From assembly GCA_963422365.1 (NCBI GenBank), contig OY729426.1, positions 928,001 through 992,000 on the forward strand: a stretch of DNA of 64,000 nucleotides. The letters run 5' to 3'. Every line of letters begins with the position of its first letter. The first letter of the stretch is position 1. A model generated the notes under the pieces. That model was not told the DNA's origin. It saw only the letters and a program-made list of their open reading frames with translations, and made no database searches. Below are positions 27,761 to 38,533 of this stretch, piece by piece. This stretch comes from Nitrospirales bacterium. GTDB taxonomy: Bacteria > Nitrospirota > Nitrospiria > Nitrospirales > UBA8639. The position numbers and the translations under genes are program-made.

Positions 27761-27812
27761 TTGACACAGGATTGTTGAACTCCTATAATTACATATTTCC
27801 TATCGGAAATAT
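27761..27812 (+). promoter_or_regulatory. Consensus sigma70 promoter with downstream operator palindrome (probable Rrf2 autoregulation)
   Basis: TTGACA(27761)-17-TATAAT(27784); ATATTTCC-TATC-GGAAATAT at 27793-27812 overlaps the expected +1. Confidence 0.8.
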
Positions 27813-27822
27813 ATGAATTGGC

Positions 27823-28278
27823 ATGCTCAAGGTTCCACTTAAAGTGACGTATGCGATCTTTGCGACCCTGGATCTCGCCTTGCGATACGGGGAGGGACCG
27901 ATTCAAGCCAAGATGATTGCCAGAAGGCAAACCATCCCTCCACGCTTTATTGAGCAAGTACTTCATGCCTTAAAGCAAGGTGGCATAGTTGACAGCCTCA
28001 GGGGCCCCCAAGGAGGATACGTGCTGCGGCAACCGCCATCTGAGGTTTCCTTAGCCGCCGTTGTTGAAACGATGAACGGCCAAGCTGAACCGGAAACACA
28101 AGCGGGAAGCACGAACGGCCATTCCTTGCGGCCTCTCCATCAAGAGGCCTTATTATCGACACTCTGGGATCGCGTGTACCAAGCCGAACGAGAGGTGTTG
28201 AGTTCGGTCACGCTTCAATCTTTGATCGAACAATATATGCAGCTCGAACAAACGCGCGCGCCGATGTATCACATTTAA
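27823..28278 (+). CDS. Rrf2 family regulator (CymR-like, no Fe-S cysteines)
   Basis: YAIFATLDLA, IPPRFIEQVLHALKQGGIVDSLRGPQGGYVL, C-terminal MYHI. Confidence 0.92.
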   Translation: MLKVPLKVTYAIFATLDLALRYGEGPIQAKMIARRQTIPPRFIEQVLHALKQGGIVDSLRGPQGGYVLRQPPSEVSLAAVVETMNGQAEPETQAGSTNGHSLRPLHQEALLSTLWDRVYQAEREVLSSVTLQSLIEQYMQLEQTRAPMYHI

Positions 28279-28364
28279 CGTTGCGGACGTTGAGGGAACA
28301 CTCCCCATTGACAATAAGCCAACCACCATGACGTATGACGAGCAGCTCATTCTGGAGGCACATC

Positions 28365-30824
28365 ATGAACACGGGCCGTCTCACCACGCTCCCTGAAATT
28401 GACACCATTCCTATTCCTCAAGAGATTCAAGAGGAAATTGAAACGTTTGAAGACGAGGTCAAACGGTTGCAGGCCGGCGACATCCCCGGAGACCTGTTCA
28501 AACCGTTCCGGTTGCAATACGGCATCTATGGACAACGGCAGCCGGACGTGCAAATGGTGCGCATCAAAATTCCCTTTGGCGGGATGACATCCAACCAGTT
28601 GCGCCGGATCGCCGAACTGGCCGAGACCTATGCCACCGGGGTCGGCCACGTCACCACCCGGCAAGACATTCAATTACACTTTGTGCCGTTGCCGCAAATC
28701 AGCACGGTCATGCGAAAACTCGAAGAAGTGGGGCTCACCACTCGTGAAGCCTGTGCCAACACGGTCCGCAACGTCACGGCCTGCCATCTGGCCGGTGTTT
28801 GCCAAGGTGAAGTCTTTGACGTGACCCCGTACGCGAACACCGTGGCGCGACATTTGCTGCGAAATCCGCTCAACCAGAGCCTGCCACGAAAATTTAAAAT
28901 TGCGTTTTCCGGCTGCAATCACGATTGTGCCATGACGCCCATCCATGACGTCGGCTTATTAGCGAAGAAGACTGAGGACGGCACGATTGGATTTCGCATG
29001 GTGGTCGGAGGCGGGCTCGGGGCAGCCCCGCGCATCGCGCATCTGCTCCGGGAATTTGTGCCCATGGATGAACTGATTCCATCCATCGAAGCCGTCATTA
29101 AAGTCTTTGATAATCTCGGTAATCGGAAGAATCGCAGCAAAGCCCGCATGAAGTTCGTGATTGAAAAATTGGGGTTTGAAGAATTTCGACGCCGATGGGA
29201 AGCGGCCTATGAAGACATGTTCAGTGCCAAGCCTTCGCATCCACCGTTGAAACTCCTCCCGCATGCCGATCCTGCTCCCCTGATTGTGCCGGCGAAGCAC
29301 GGGGCCAACGGCAACGGCGGCCACCCGGATAGTGCGACAGCCCCTTCGTTCGCGACGTGGCGACGAATGAACGTGGTGAAACAACGGCAGGAGGGATTTT
29401 CCGCCGCCGTTCTGAGACTGCCGACGGGCGACATTACCACTGAGCAAATGCTGCTGGTGGCTGATCTGGCCGCACATTATTCCAATGGCAACATTCGCAC
29501 CACGATCGGTCAGAATTTGATTATTCGTTGGGTGTCCGATGGACACATGGAAGCCCTCTATCAGGAATTAGAAGCCCACGGGTTGGGACAACCCGGGGCG
29601 AATAAAACCGAAGACATTGTGGCCTGCCCTGGGACCGATACCTGCGGGCTCGGGATCACCTCATCGAAGGGCGTCGCCCGTGCCTTAGCCGAAGTCTTTC
29701 CGCCGGGACAGGTTCCCGACGATTTGAAAGGGACCACGATCCATATCAGTGGCTGTCATAATTCGTGTGCCCAACATCATATCTCGACCATTGGTCTGCA
29801 CGGAGTGGGCAAACGCATGGGAGACCATATTGCCCCGGTGTATGAGCTTCATCTTGGAGGGCGAATCAACGGGACCGCGGAAGTCGGACAAATGACGATC
29901 AAACTCCCGGCCAAGAACATCCCTTCCGCCATCTCGCACTTGCTTGACGTGTATCGACGAGACCGCCAAGAAGGAGACAGCCTGCATACCTTTATTAAAC
30001 GAACGGGCAAGGCCGCGCTTAAAGAAGAACTGCTCGGGCATTCCATTCTACCCGCATATGCCGAGGATCCCTCGTACTACTTTGATTGGGAAGCGGAAGA
30101 GGAATTTACGCTTGAAGATCTGGGACCCGGTGAATGTGCCGGCGGCGCCATAGAAATGATCGACAATCGGATTTTGGAAGCCGAGCAGGAACTCTACCAA
30201 GCCCGTATTCTGGCCGAGAAACATCAATGTGCCATGGCCATTAACAAGGCCTATCGAGCCGTGGTGGCCGGAGCCAAAGCCCTGCTCGTAACCGAGGGCA
30301 TCGATCCCAACACCGATGCCGACACGTTGGCGGAATTTGATCAGTTTGCCGCTCGGCAAAATGGGCTTATTCCTCAAACGTATCGAGGGATGGCACGGAC
30401 AATCAGTGATCTGGGTACCAAGGAAAATTCCGCTGAATTCACCAACAAGAAAATGGCCTTTGCCAAAGGGTTCGTGGAGTTTTGCCGAAAACTGACCGAA
30501 GAAATCGGCCAAGACCTCAAGCTCGGACTCTCCGAAGAGACCCCCGCCGTGACGGAACCAGCCCCGGCTCAACGCGAATCCGTTCAAGACGCGACTGTTC
30601 TTGATCTTCGAGGGGTCATGTGCCCGCTGAATTACGTCAAAACCAAATTGAAACTCGAAACCATGGATGAGGGTGAACAATTGGAAGTATGGCTGGATGC
30701 CGGAGATCCCATTAAAAACGTGCCCATGAGTCTTCGCAACGATGGGCACAAGGTGCTCGCCGAAGATCCGTTAGAAGCCGATGCGCAGCACTTTAAGGTG
30801 TTGGTAGAAAAAGTCGAGGTCTAG
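28365..30824 (+). CDS. Siroheme sulfite/nitrite reductase fused to HEPN-like and TusA domains
   Basis: RLQYGIYGQRQ, HVTTRQDIQLH, LPRKFKIAFSGC, ACPGTDTCGLG, ISGCHNSCAQHH; C-terminal LDLRGVMCPLNYVKTKL (TusA). Start 28335 or 28365. Confidence 0.92.
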   Translation: MNTGRLTTLPEIDTIPIPQEIQEEIETFEDEVKRLQAGDIPGDLFKPFRLQYGIYGQRQPDVQMVRIKIPFGGMTSNQLRRIAELAETYATGVGHVTTRQDIQLHFVPLPQISTVMRKLEEVGLTTREACANTVRNVTACHLAGVCQGEVFDVTPYANTVARHLLRNPLNQSLPRKFKIAFSGCNHDCAMTPIHDVGLLAKKTEDGTIGFRMVVGGGLGAAPRIAHLLREFVPMDELIPSIEAVIKVFDNLGNRKNRSKARMKFVIEKLGFEEFRRRWEAAYEDMFSAKPSHPPLKLLPHADPAPLIVPAKHGANGNGGHPDSATAPSFATWRRMNVVKQRQEGFSAAVLRLPTGDITTEQMLLVADLAAHYSNGNIRTTIGQNLIIRWVSDGHMEALYQELEAHGLGQPGANKTEDIVACPGTDTCGLGITSSKGVARALAEVFPPGQVPDDLKGTTIHISGCHNSCAQHHISTIGLHGVGKRMGDHIAPVYELHLGGRINGTAEVGQMTIKLPAKNIPSAISHLLDVYRRDRQEGDSLHTFIKRTGKAALKEELLGHSILPAYAEDPSYYFDWEAEEEFTLEDLGPGECAGGAIEMIDNRILEAEQELYQARILAEKHQCAMAINKAYRAVVAGAKALLVTEGIDPNTDADTLAEFDQFAARQNGLIPQTYRGMARTISDLGTKENSAEFTNKKMAFAKGFVEFCRKLTEEIGQDLKLGLSEETPAVTEPAPAQRESVQDATVLDLRGVMCPLNYVKTKLKLETMDEGEQLEVWLDAGDPIKNVPMSLRNDGHKVLAEDPLEADAQHFKVLVEKVEV

Positions 30825-30952
30825 CAGGATGCTGAACAAGTCCGCCAGTTTTGTCTCGCGACGCTCGGAGGCTCAACGTACCCAAAAGTTGCGGCCCCCT
30901 CTGCCGCCTTGATTGCTGCGGCCGTGCAGGATGGCCTTTTTGACCATCCTGC
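30824..30952. repeat. Palindromic MITE/REP-like intergenic element
   Basis: Imperfect terminal inverted repeats GCAGGATGCTGAACAAG...CTTTTTGACCATCCTGC; resembles a repeat I recall from Nitrospira genomes (not verified). Confidence 0.65.
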
Positions 30953-30997
30953 GGACTGTTCTGATAGCGCCCCGGACCATCTAGTCAGGAGTCACTC

Positions 30998-31708
30998 GTG
31001 AGTATGCGAGCGAATTTTTCAACAGAGGCACTTCACGAACTGAACCAACGCTTTGCGGCCCACTCGCCGCAAGCGGTCTTGACCTATGCGTTCGAACAGT
31101 TTTCCCCTCGGATGGTGCTGGCGTGTAGTTTCGGTGCCGAGGATGTGGTGCTCTGGGACATGATGCACCGCATCAATCCTCAAGCCTCGTTTTTTTATCT
31201 GGACACGGATTTTCTCTTTCCGGAAACCTACGCCGTGCGTGATCGCCTGATCGACCGGTACAAGGTCTCGGCCGAGCAGGTGATTCGGGTCGTGTCGGCT
31301 CTGACGCCCGCAGAGCAAGCGAGTCAATTCGGAGACCTGTTGTGGGTCCGGCAACCGGATCAGTGCTGCCGGATTCGAAAAGTCGATCCGTTGACCAAGA
31401 TGTTGAAGAACTACGCCGCATGGGTGACCGGCATTCGTCGCGACCAGTCGCCGACGCGCGTAACCGCGGAGCTGGTTGAATGGGACGCCACGTTCGGTCT
31501 TGTCAAGTTCAATCCCCTTGCGGCCTGGACCAACGATGAGGTCTGGACCTACATCAAAGCACATGACGTGCCCTACAACGTTCTCCATGACCAATACTAC
31601 CCCAGCATCGGATGCACACACTGCACCTCGCCCGTTCAGCCGGGCGACGATCCACGGTCCGGGCGATGGCAGCGTCTTGAGAAAACCGAATGTGGGCTTC
31701 ATCAGTAA
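30998..31708 (+). CDS. cysH: APS/PAPS reductase (Fe-S, APS-reductase type)
   Basis: SFGAED, LDTDFLFPET, QCCRIRKVDPL, YPSIGCTHCT, RSGRW...KTECGLH. Confidence 0.95.
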   Translation: MSMRANFSTEALHELNQRFAAHSPQAVLTYAFEQFSPRMVLACSFGAEDVVLWDMMHRINPQASFFYLDTDFLFPETYAVRDRLIDRYKVSAEQVIRVVSALTPAEQASQFGDLLWVRQPDQCCRIRKVDPLTKMLKNYAAWVTGIRRDQSPTRVTAELVEWDATFGLVKFNPLAAWTNDEVWTYIKAHDVPYNVLHDQYYPSIGCTHCTSPVQPGDDPRSGRWQRLEKTECGLHQ

Positions 31709-31789
31709 CCATCCTTCCGAAAAAACACCTTTTGGCAAGCGACACCATTGGAATCCAACCGTGAGTTTTATCGACCGTAGACACTGCTG

Positions 31790-32947
31790 ATGCACCAACT
31801 CATCACCAAAATCGGAAAAGGACAACGGGGGGCCAAAGACCTCTCGTGGGGAGAAGCCAAACAGGCCGCCCAGGATCTGATAGAAGGCAACGCGACGCCC
31901 TATCAGGCCGGGGCCTTTTTGATGGCCATGCGGATCAAATTGGAAGCCGTGACGGAATTAGCCTCGTTCACCGCCGCCACGCGCAGCTACGTTCCCCCCA
32001 TCAGCGTTCCGGCCGGCATCAACGTGGTCGACGTTCCGGTGTATGCCGAAAAGCACAATACGCAGCATGTGTGCCTTCCCGCAGCCATCGTCGCTGCCTC
32101 CGCCGGGGCCACCATCCTGTTTCACGGCATGGACAACCCCACGGTGTCCTCCGACCTTCCCCGGATATTAGAGCAACTGGGCATCCCCGCCACGTTGCAA
32201 GGGCACGACCTGCTTGCAAGCCTGCAACGGAACGGATTCGCGTACCTGGACATCGCGTTGTATCACCCCCCCCTGGCAAAGTTACTGGCGTTGCGCGAAC
32301 AACTAGGCGCCCAAAACCTGTTCCATCAAGTTGCCCGGCTGCTCAACCCCACGCGAGCGCACTCGCAAGTAGTGGGCGTGGCCCATCCGCCGTATCTCGA
32401 AAAGATGCCGGAAGCGGTGACCATGCTCGGCGGACACCGGCTCCTGGTCTTTCAGGGGATGGAAGGATTTCCCGAACTGTCGATGGCGATCCCGACGGTT
32501 ATGCGGGAACTGCGTAACAACCGTGTGACCCCCTTTACCCTCAAACCTCAGGACGTCCAGCTTCCCCTTGGCTCCTTCCAACACATGGCCATTCCCTCCC
32601 AGTTCCTTCGACAGGGCTCAGGGCAGGCCCTTCCAGGCTCAGGGCAAGCTTCTCCAAAAGAGGTTCTGGCCCAAGAGGCGGCCCTGATTCGGCAGGTCTT
32701 GAAGACCCAAACCCTTCGAGGCTCAGGGCAAGCACGATTCCGTGATTGGATTCTCTACAACGCCTCCATGTTGCTCTATGCCGCGGGGCAGGCCCACTCC
32801 ATCGCCGAAGGCGTGCCCTTGGCACAAAAAGCACTGGAATCCGGGGCGGCTGCGAAAAAGTTGGCAGTCCTCGCCTCCCCCCCGGCGAGCCCTCAAGGCT
32901 CAGGGCAAGCCTCAACGACACCGGAACAAAAGGTCGTTCACGTATGA
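31790..32947 (+). CDS. Anthranilate phosphoribosyltransferase-like (TrpD2/YbiB) protein
   Basis: [53 protein letters not shown]; carries four GSGQA inserts. Confidence 0.82.
   Translation: MHQLITKIGKGQRGAKDLSWGEAKQAAQDLIEGNATPYQAGAFLMAMRIKLEAVTELASFTAATRSYVPPISVPAGINVVDVPVYAEKHNTQHVCLPAAIVAASAGATILFHGMDNPTVSSDLPRILEQLGIPATLQGHDLLASLQRNGFAYLDIALYHPPLAKLLALREQLGAQNLFHQVARLLNPTRAHSQVVGVAHPPYLEKMPEAVTMLGGHRLLVFQGMEGFPELSMAIPTVMRELRNNRVTPFTLKPQDVQLPLGSFQHMAIPSQFLRQGSGQALPGSGQASPKEVLAQEAALIRQVLKTQTLRGSGQARFRDWILYNASMLLYAAGQAHSIAEGVPLAQKALESGAAAKKLAVLASPPASPQGSGQASTTPEQKVVHV
32605..32910 (+). repeat. Four intragenic REP-like units (core GGCTCAGGGCARGC, read as GSGQA)
   Basis: Units at 32605-32628 (24 nt), 32629-32649, 32713-32733 and 32890-32910 (21 nt each). 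Confidence 0.9.
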
Positions 32948-33741
32948 GACATCTTCGACAACTGGAGGATCAAAGCGTCTATATTTTTCGTGAGGCCTAT
33001 AAACACTTCGAGCACCTGGCCATGCTCTGGTCCATGGGGAAAGACTCCACGGTACTCTTATGGTTGGCCAGGAAAGCCTTCTTGGGACACGTCCCGTTTC
33101 CGCTCTTGCACGTCGATACCAGTTACAAAATTCCCGCCATGATCGAATATCGGGATCGACTGGCACGTGAATGGCGCCTCAACCTGGTGGTCGGGCAGAA
33201 CAAGAAAGCCCTGGCCGAAGGGATGAATCATGAACGAGGCCGGATCGAATGCTGCACCGCCCTCAAAACCAACGGGCTTAAACTCCTGCTCGAAGAAAAA
33301 GGGTACACGGGCATCATCCTGGGCGTCCGCGCGGATGAAGAAAGTACGCGCGCCAAAGAACGGTATTTCTCCCCGCGAGACACAAACAACGATTGGGATT
33401 TTCGAGACCAGCCGCCGGAACTGTGGGATCAATTTAAAACCTCATTCCCGCCGGGCACTCACATCCGGATTCACCCCCTGCTGGACTGGACGGAAATCAA
33501 TATTTGGGAATATATCAAGCTCGAAAACATTCCCTTTATCGATTTGTACCTCGACAGGGGCGACGGCACACGGTATCGGAGCCTGGGGTGTGCCCCCTGT
33601 ACCTTTCCCATCAAATCCACCGCCTCCACGGTCGATGAAATCATTACAGAACTACGCGCCACGAACGTGGCCGAACGCGCCGGTCGCGCTCAAGACGAAG
33701 GCCGAGGCATGGAGGTCCTCCGAAAAGATGGCTACATGTAA
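32944..33741 (+). CDS. cysD: Sulfate adenylyltransferase subunit 2
   Basis: [61 protein letters not shown]. Confidence 0.96.
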   Translation: MRHLRQLEDQSVYIFREAYKHFEHLAMLWSMGKDSTVLLWLARKAFLGHVPFPLLHVDTSYKIPAMIEYRDRLAREWRLNLVVGQNKKALAEGMNHERGRIECCTALKTNGLKLLLEEKGYTGIILGVRADEESTRAKERYFSPRDTNNDWDFRDQPPELWDQFKTSFPPGTHIRIHPLLDWTEINIWEYIKLENIPFIDLYLDRGDGTRYRSLGCAPCTFPIKSTASTVDEIITELRATNVAERAGRAQDEGRGMEVLRKDGYM

Positions 33742-35587
33742 GACCGAAACCTCGGCGACCGTCGATATCCGTGACCGCATGAACATCGTCATCGTCGGCA
33801 GCGTGGATCACGGCAAGTCGACGTTGTTGGGGCGCTTGTATGCGGACACGGGCACCTTGCCGGAAGGCAAGATCGAAAAAATCCAGGCCATCTGCAAACA
33901 ACAGGGCAAAGAGTTTGAATACGCTTTTTTGTTCGATGCCTTCCTGGAAGAGCAGCAGCAGGGCGTGACGATCGATACCGCCCGCACCTTTTTCCAATGG
34001 GCCGGACGTCAATACATCATCATCGACGCGCCAGGGCATAAAGAATTCCTGAAAAACATGGTATCCGGTGCGGCGCGTGCCGAAGCCGCCTTACTGCTGA
34101 TCGATGCATTGGAAGGGGTCAGGGATCAATCCAAACGGCACGGCCTGTTGCTCTCGATGTTGGGCGTGAAACAAGTCACCGTGGTCGTGAACAAAATGGA
34201 CCTCGTGGACTACCGGCAGGACACGTTTGCGCTCATTGAAAAAGAGTATCGCGCGTTCCTGTCTCAACTCGACGTCACTCCCCAATTCGTGATACCCGCC
34301 AGCGCTAAACGCGGTGACAACATCGCGACGCCCAGTCCTCACATGGCATGGCACACCGGCCCCACGGTTCTGGAATCGCTGGTGCAATTTTCATCGGAAT
34401 CCGAAACGACCGAACAACCCCTGCGGTTTCCCCTTCAAGACGTCTACAAATTCGATGCACGCCGCATTCTGGCGGGACGCCTCACGTCCGGACGCCTCAA
34501 AGTAGGTGACCAGTTAATTTTTTCGCCGTCGAATAAAAGCGCGGTCGTGCAAACCATCGAAGCGTTTAACGTGGAGGCACCACCAACACAAGCCCAGGCC
34601 GGACAAGCCGTGGGGATTACCCTGGACGAACAAATTTTTGTCGAGCGCGGGGAGATCCTCAGTCACGAGTCTTCCCTGCCTCTCGTCTCCACGACCTTTC
34701 GCGCCAATCTTTTTTGGCTCGGACGTCGCCCCCTGGAAATAGGGAAACCCTATCTGGTTCGGTTAGCCACGCATGAAGTCGAATGCCGCGTGGCGGCGAT
34801 TCATCGCATCGTGGATGCCAATAACCTCTCGTTGGAACAGCAAGCAACCAACACGGTCGTGAAGCGAAACGAGGTGGTGGACATCACGATACAAGCCAAA
34901 GCCCCTCTCGTCTTTGATCTGTACACCGATTTTGAGACCACGGGGCGCTTTGTCCTGGTCGATGGCTACGACGTGTCCGGGGGCGGCATCATCACCGAGA
35001 TGGTTCCGGATCGTGAAGAGACCCTTCGGGTCGAGGCGCGACAACGGGACTTTGCATGGGTCAAGGGGGACGTCACCTTGGCGGATCGCGCCACGCACTA
35101 TGGCCACCGTGCGGCGTTAGTCCTCCTCATCGGCCCTGATACCACGGGGAAAACCTTCCTGGCCAAACAAGTGGAATCCACGCTCGTGGCTGAAGGCCGG
35201 CACGTCTATATGTTGGATCCGGAAAACCTTCGCCATGGGCTCGATGCGGATTTGCAAGAAGGGGACGCCCGAGAAACGATTCGCCGCTACGGCGAAGTGG
35301 CCCGGCTGTTAATCGACACGGGCGTACTGTTGATTTCAACCACGAACTCGTTCAACCTGCCGGCTGAGCAAGTCGTCGAAGCGATCCGCACGTTGGTTCA
35401 TCCCACCCCGGTGCTCACCGTCTCTATGAGTCAAGAGACGGGACCCTCCCCCATTGAGGCAGATCTCTCCTTTACCGGTCCTGAAGACTTTACGAGCACG
35501 ACCCATGACGTTCTTGAAGCGCTGAAACAAAAAGGCATCCTGGCGGAGACGATCGGAAACCAACCCGTTTTTCAATTCTCGATTTAA
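33728..35587 (+). CDS. cysN: Sulfate adenylyltransferase subunit 1 with degenerate APS-kinase domain (CysN/C)
   Basis: [45 protein letters not shown]-terminal GPDTTGKT...[12 protein letters not shown]. Confidence 0.93.
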   Translation: MATCKTETSATVDIRDRMNIVIVGSVDHGKSTLLGRLYADTGTLPEGKIEKIQAICKQQGKEFEYAFLFDAFLEEQQQGVTIDTARTFFQWAGRQYIIIDAPGHKEFLKNMVSGAARAEAALLLIDALEGVRDQSKRHGLLLSMLGVKQVTVVVNKMDLVDYRQDTFALIEKEYRAFLSQLDVTPQFVIPASAKRGDNIATPSPHMAWHTGPTVLESLVQFSSESETTEQPLRFPLQDVYKFDARRILAGRLTSGRLKVGDQLIFSPSNKSAVVQTIEAFNVEAPPTQAQAGQAVGITLDEQIFVERGEILSHESSLPLVSTTFRANLFWLGRRPLEIGKPYLVRLATHEVECRVAAIHRIVDANNLSLEQQATNTVVKRNEVVDITIQAKAPLVFDLYTDFETTGRFVLVDGYDVSGGGIITEMVPDREETLRVEARQRDFAWVKGDVTLADRATHYGHRAALVLLIGPDTTGKTFLAKQVESTLVAEGRHVYMLDPENLRHGLDADLQEGDARETIRRYGEVARLLIDTGVLLISTTNSFNLPAEQVVEAIRTLVHPTPVLTVSMSQETGPSPIEADLSFTGPEDFTSTTHDVLEALKQKGILAETIGNQPVFQFSI

Positions 35588-35621
35588 CGCTGCTGAACTA
35601 AAAACAGGTCAAGGACTCCAC

Positions 35622-37131
35622 TCACTTCGAACTGGCGAGAGACTCACCAAAGCGTACAAACTCTTCATTATCCTTAAAGTGTTCTGTCAGTTTCCTGCTC
35701 TCGCCGTCGCACGCGAGAGAGGCAGCAAGCATCCGACTCGGCGTCAAGTATCTTTGCCGTTCGAGCCAATTCTTCGACCACGGACATACATTGGGGGCGT
35801 TCAACAGCGCCAGCGCAACGCCATGTTGGTCCAGTACAATGAATCGCCTGTCTTTTTTTTCAGTCCGGCTCAAGAATGGACCATGATCACCAGCGATGAT
35901 AAAAATGGAATCCGGAAACCGCTGTCTCAGTCGGTTTATGTCTTCCATCAGTTTTTTGGCGCGTCGCGTCTGGTCAATGAAGTATCTTCTATATTGTGCA
36001 AACATTTTTGCATCACCAGTTCGATGGTTGTTGAAAGTATGGCCGACGGGGCGATAGATGTAAAAGGCCGAAAACACAGGACCTTGTGTCTTCTGTTCTG
36101 CCTGGTCAATCAGATCAATGACTGTTTCGGGCCATGCTTGGTTTTCGGATTGTTTGAACGATCTTCTGAACCAATTCTTGAATGTCGTGGATGAGAGTTT
36201 GGAGCAGAATCCGAGAAGCGGCTCTCCACTCTGGCAGATCAGCGTATATTCCAACTTTATGCCCTCATAAATGATATAGTCATCAACGTATTCTCCTTTG
36301 TTGGAGCCAAAGTAATTCGAGGAGAATCCGCTCTGAATGTAATAGCCGTTTTTTCGCAATAGAGCGGTCAGAAGACTCGTTGTGCGGCCAGAAAAAGCAC
36401 CATTATTTTTGCCCCCCCCCAATTCAAACAGCGTCGCCCAAGCTGGCTTGGTAAGAACATGTTCAGCAAACCCCATATGATCCGCATAAATCGTGTCATC
36501 CAGCGTCGCCAGATAATCCGCAGCAGGGTTTCTGACGCCGATAAAGGTTTCCGAAAAAGCTGAATGCGTCAGAGAATCAAACATGATAACGTGTACGTTG
36601 TTTTTCCTGTTCAGAGAAATCCTGTCGGTTTCGTGGTAATTCCTCCATTTGGAATGTTCGAAGTCAGCTAAAAATTCCGAATGCCCCATAAATGATACAC
36701 TGCAAAGACCAATCATGAGAACCGTCATCCGTCCGATATACAACGGACCGAAACGATAATAAATGAACATGGCAGAAATGAGCAGGGGGGGCGATCCACC
36801 AAAGCTTGCCTATGTGGACTTCAAGGGTTGGCAGCCAGAGCCCAACCCCGAATGGCAAACTGAGGGTGACAAAGACAACAGAATCAAATCGTGTCAGACC
36901 GAATCGGGTGCTTATTCTCAAAAACAAGAAGAGCAACAGGGTCAATCCGACAAGCCAGAACCCGTAAAACACCGTCAAATATCCAAAAACGACACTATCG
37001 GATTTCCAGAACCCGAATGAGAGGATATTGCTGGCAAAATAGATCTGTAAGAGAAGAAAAGCTCCTAGCGCTTTCCGACCGTTCACGGGCACTTGTGGCA
37101 ATCGTAGCGTCCTGATAGAGGTTTTTAGCAT
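35622..37131 (-). pseudogene. Membrane-anchored alkaline-phosphatase-superfamily (LtaS/EptA/sulfatase-like) enzyme, frameshifted at a C7 run (36785-36791)
   Basis: The TM N-terminal ORF and catalytic ORF (HVIMFDSL, VLTKPAW, PVGHT, IIAGDHG) join in frame if C7 becomes C6 (WIAPLLISAMFIYY). Confidence 0.78.
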
Positions 37132-37138
37132 TGCGGCT

Positions 37139-38533
37139 TTATCTTGCATATTCATACATTGTTCTGTTCGTCGCTTGGATCTCGTGCGACGTGACGCGTG
37201 TGCATAATCCATTCAAAATCTGCTCGAAACGTTCTCGGTTGTAATCGTGAAAAATATCTTCCCGATGACGCAGCAGACCTTGCGCCATGGGGTCCGTTTG
37301 GGGAATGAACTCGACCAGACCCTTTGGCGCAAGGTCGCACACCCAGCCCATGAATTCCTCTAGGGGAATGTTTCTGCCTATTACGAGGTGATGAATAAGC
37401 GCAAAGCAGAAGATGCCATCCAGAGGTCCAAGCCGTTCTTCCAGCGTCATCCTTTCTTCATGCCGCCAGCCCAGATTCGGCGATGGATTGGCAATATCGT
37501 AATATAAGAATTGAACCGGCCAAGCATGCCCCTGTATGTCTCTGGTGGCAAGGTCGATGGCGCCACCGTCACAATCGGTACCGATTATCTGCTCGGCGCC
37601 GGCACAAATCGCGGCCTTGGAATACTCTCCCGTGTTGCAACCCAGATCCAACAACCTTCGCAGGTTATTGTTTCTCACGAATTCCTGGGTGATGTGCATC
37701 TTATCCGTTCGGGAGGCATCGCCGTAGGTATTATGCGTTGCATATTTCTGCCAATAGGATGTCCGCCTGCGCTTTAGTTTTGTGATAAATTGTCTCAAGC
37801 CGTCGGCGAGTGCTATCAGATTCTTCCGTGGGATATTCCTCGATTTTTTTCGACTCGTTCCATCAGATACGGATTCCAACCTTCGCATCGCCCACGCGTG
37901 CAGATGCATATGCAGCAAGACTTGCGGCCGGCAATAGCTGGTCAAAGGAAGCGCTGCGGACACCTCCATTAAATCGAGACCTTCTAGGCGTCCCCTGAAC
38001 CATTGGTTGAAATCGATACGGGAAAACGCCGTGAGACATAATGGAGCCAGAAAATGTTCGCAAAATTGCTTGTAGCCGAGAAAAGGGTCTCCTTCCCGGT
38101 ATTCACTGAAAGAGAGGACATCCATGAATATTGGTTTGGAATGAATGAATTGCACGTTGAACGCTGACGCATCTTTCAACGTGTAGCCATTTTCCAGACT
38201 GCCGATCAGCAGCGTCAACGTCAGACATGCTGCGTCCTTCAACGATTCGAAAGACCACTCGTAAGGGTAGGAAATAAAGGGAAGCGGCTCATGTTCAACC
38301 CACATTCGGTAGGCTGCGACATCGTCCGTGGGAATCCCCGCAATGATCGCCTCTTCGGGGGAAACTTCTTTTGTATTCACGATCAGCGTTCCAGCGTGTT
38401 CCTTGAAGAAAGCCGAGTGAATAAAATGGCGAAACCAGTCAGTCGTGTCGCTCGAAATACCTCGGAAGATCCGTTCCGAAGCGATAAAAACATGTCCGGC
38501 AGAGTCCCTGAAGGATCCGGGCGCTCTACTCAC
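37139..38533 (-). CDS. NoeA-like protein: N-terminal kinase-like domain plus class I SAM methyltransferase
   Basis: GSFRDSAG, PFISYPYEWSF, LKDASAFNVQF, IFMDVLSF; LLDLGCNTGEYS, NPSPNLGW..ER, ALIHHLVI. Confidence 0.85.
   Translation of the reverse strand: MSRAPGSFRDSAGHVFIASERIFRGISSDTTDWFRHFIHSAFFKEHAGTLIVNTKEVSPEEAIIAGIPTDDVAAYRMWVEHEPLPFISYPYEWSFESLKDAACLTLTLLIGSLENGYTLKDASAFNVQFIHSKPIFMDVLSFSEYREGDPFLGYKQFCEHFLAPLCLTAFSRIDFNQWFRGRLEGLDLMEVSAALPLTSYCRPQVLLHMHLHAWAMRRLESVSDGTSRKKSRNIPRKNLIALADGLRQFITKLKRRRTSYWQKYATHNTYGDASRTDKMHITQEFVRNNNLRRLLDLGCNTGEYSKAAICAGAEQIIGTDCDGGAIDLATRDIQGHAWPVQFLYYDIANPSPNLGWRHEERMTLEERLGPLDGIFCFALIHHLVIGRNIPLEEFMGWVCDLAPKGLVEFIPQTDPMAQGLLRHREDIFHDYNRERFEQILNGLCTRVTSHEIQATNRTMYEYAR

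Noticed and set aside
32605..32910. CRISPR array
   Set aside because: Units are 21-24 nt, variable, irregularly spaced and inside a CDS; no cas genes.
32746..33727. Long N-terminal extensions of CysD (32746) and CysN (33230)
   Set aside because: They are open frames overlapping upstream genes; the real starts are most likely 32944 and 33728.
35622..37131. Functional link between the sulfatase-like gene and the adjacent cys operon
   Set aside because: Convergent orientation, apparently different base composition and no CxPxR motif; adjacency is probably coincidental.
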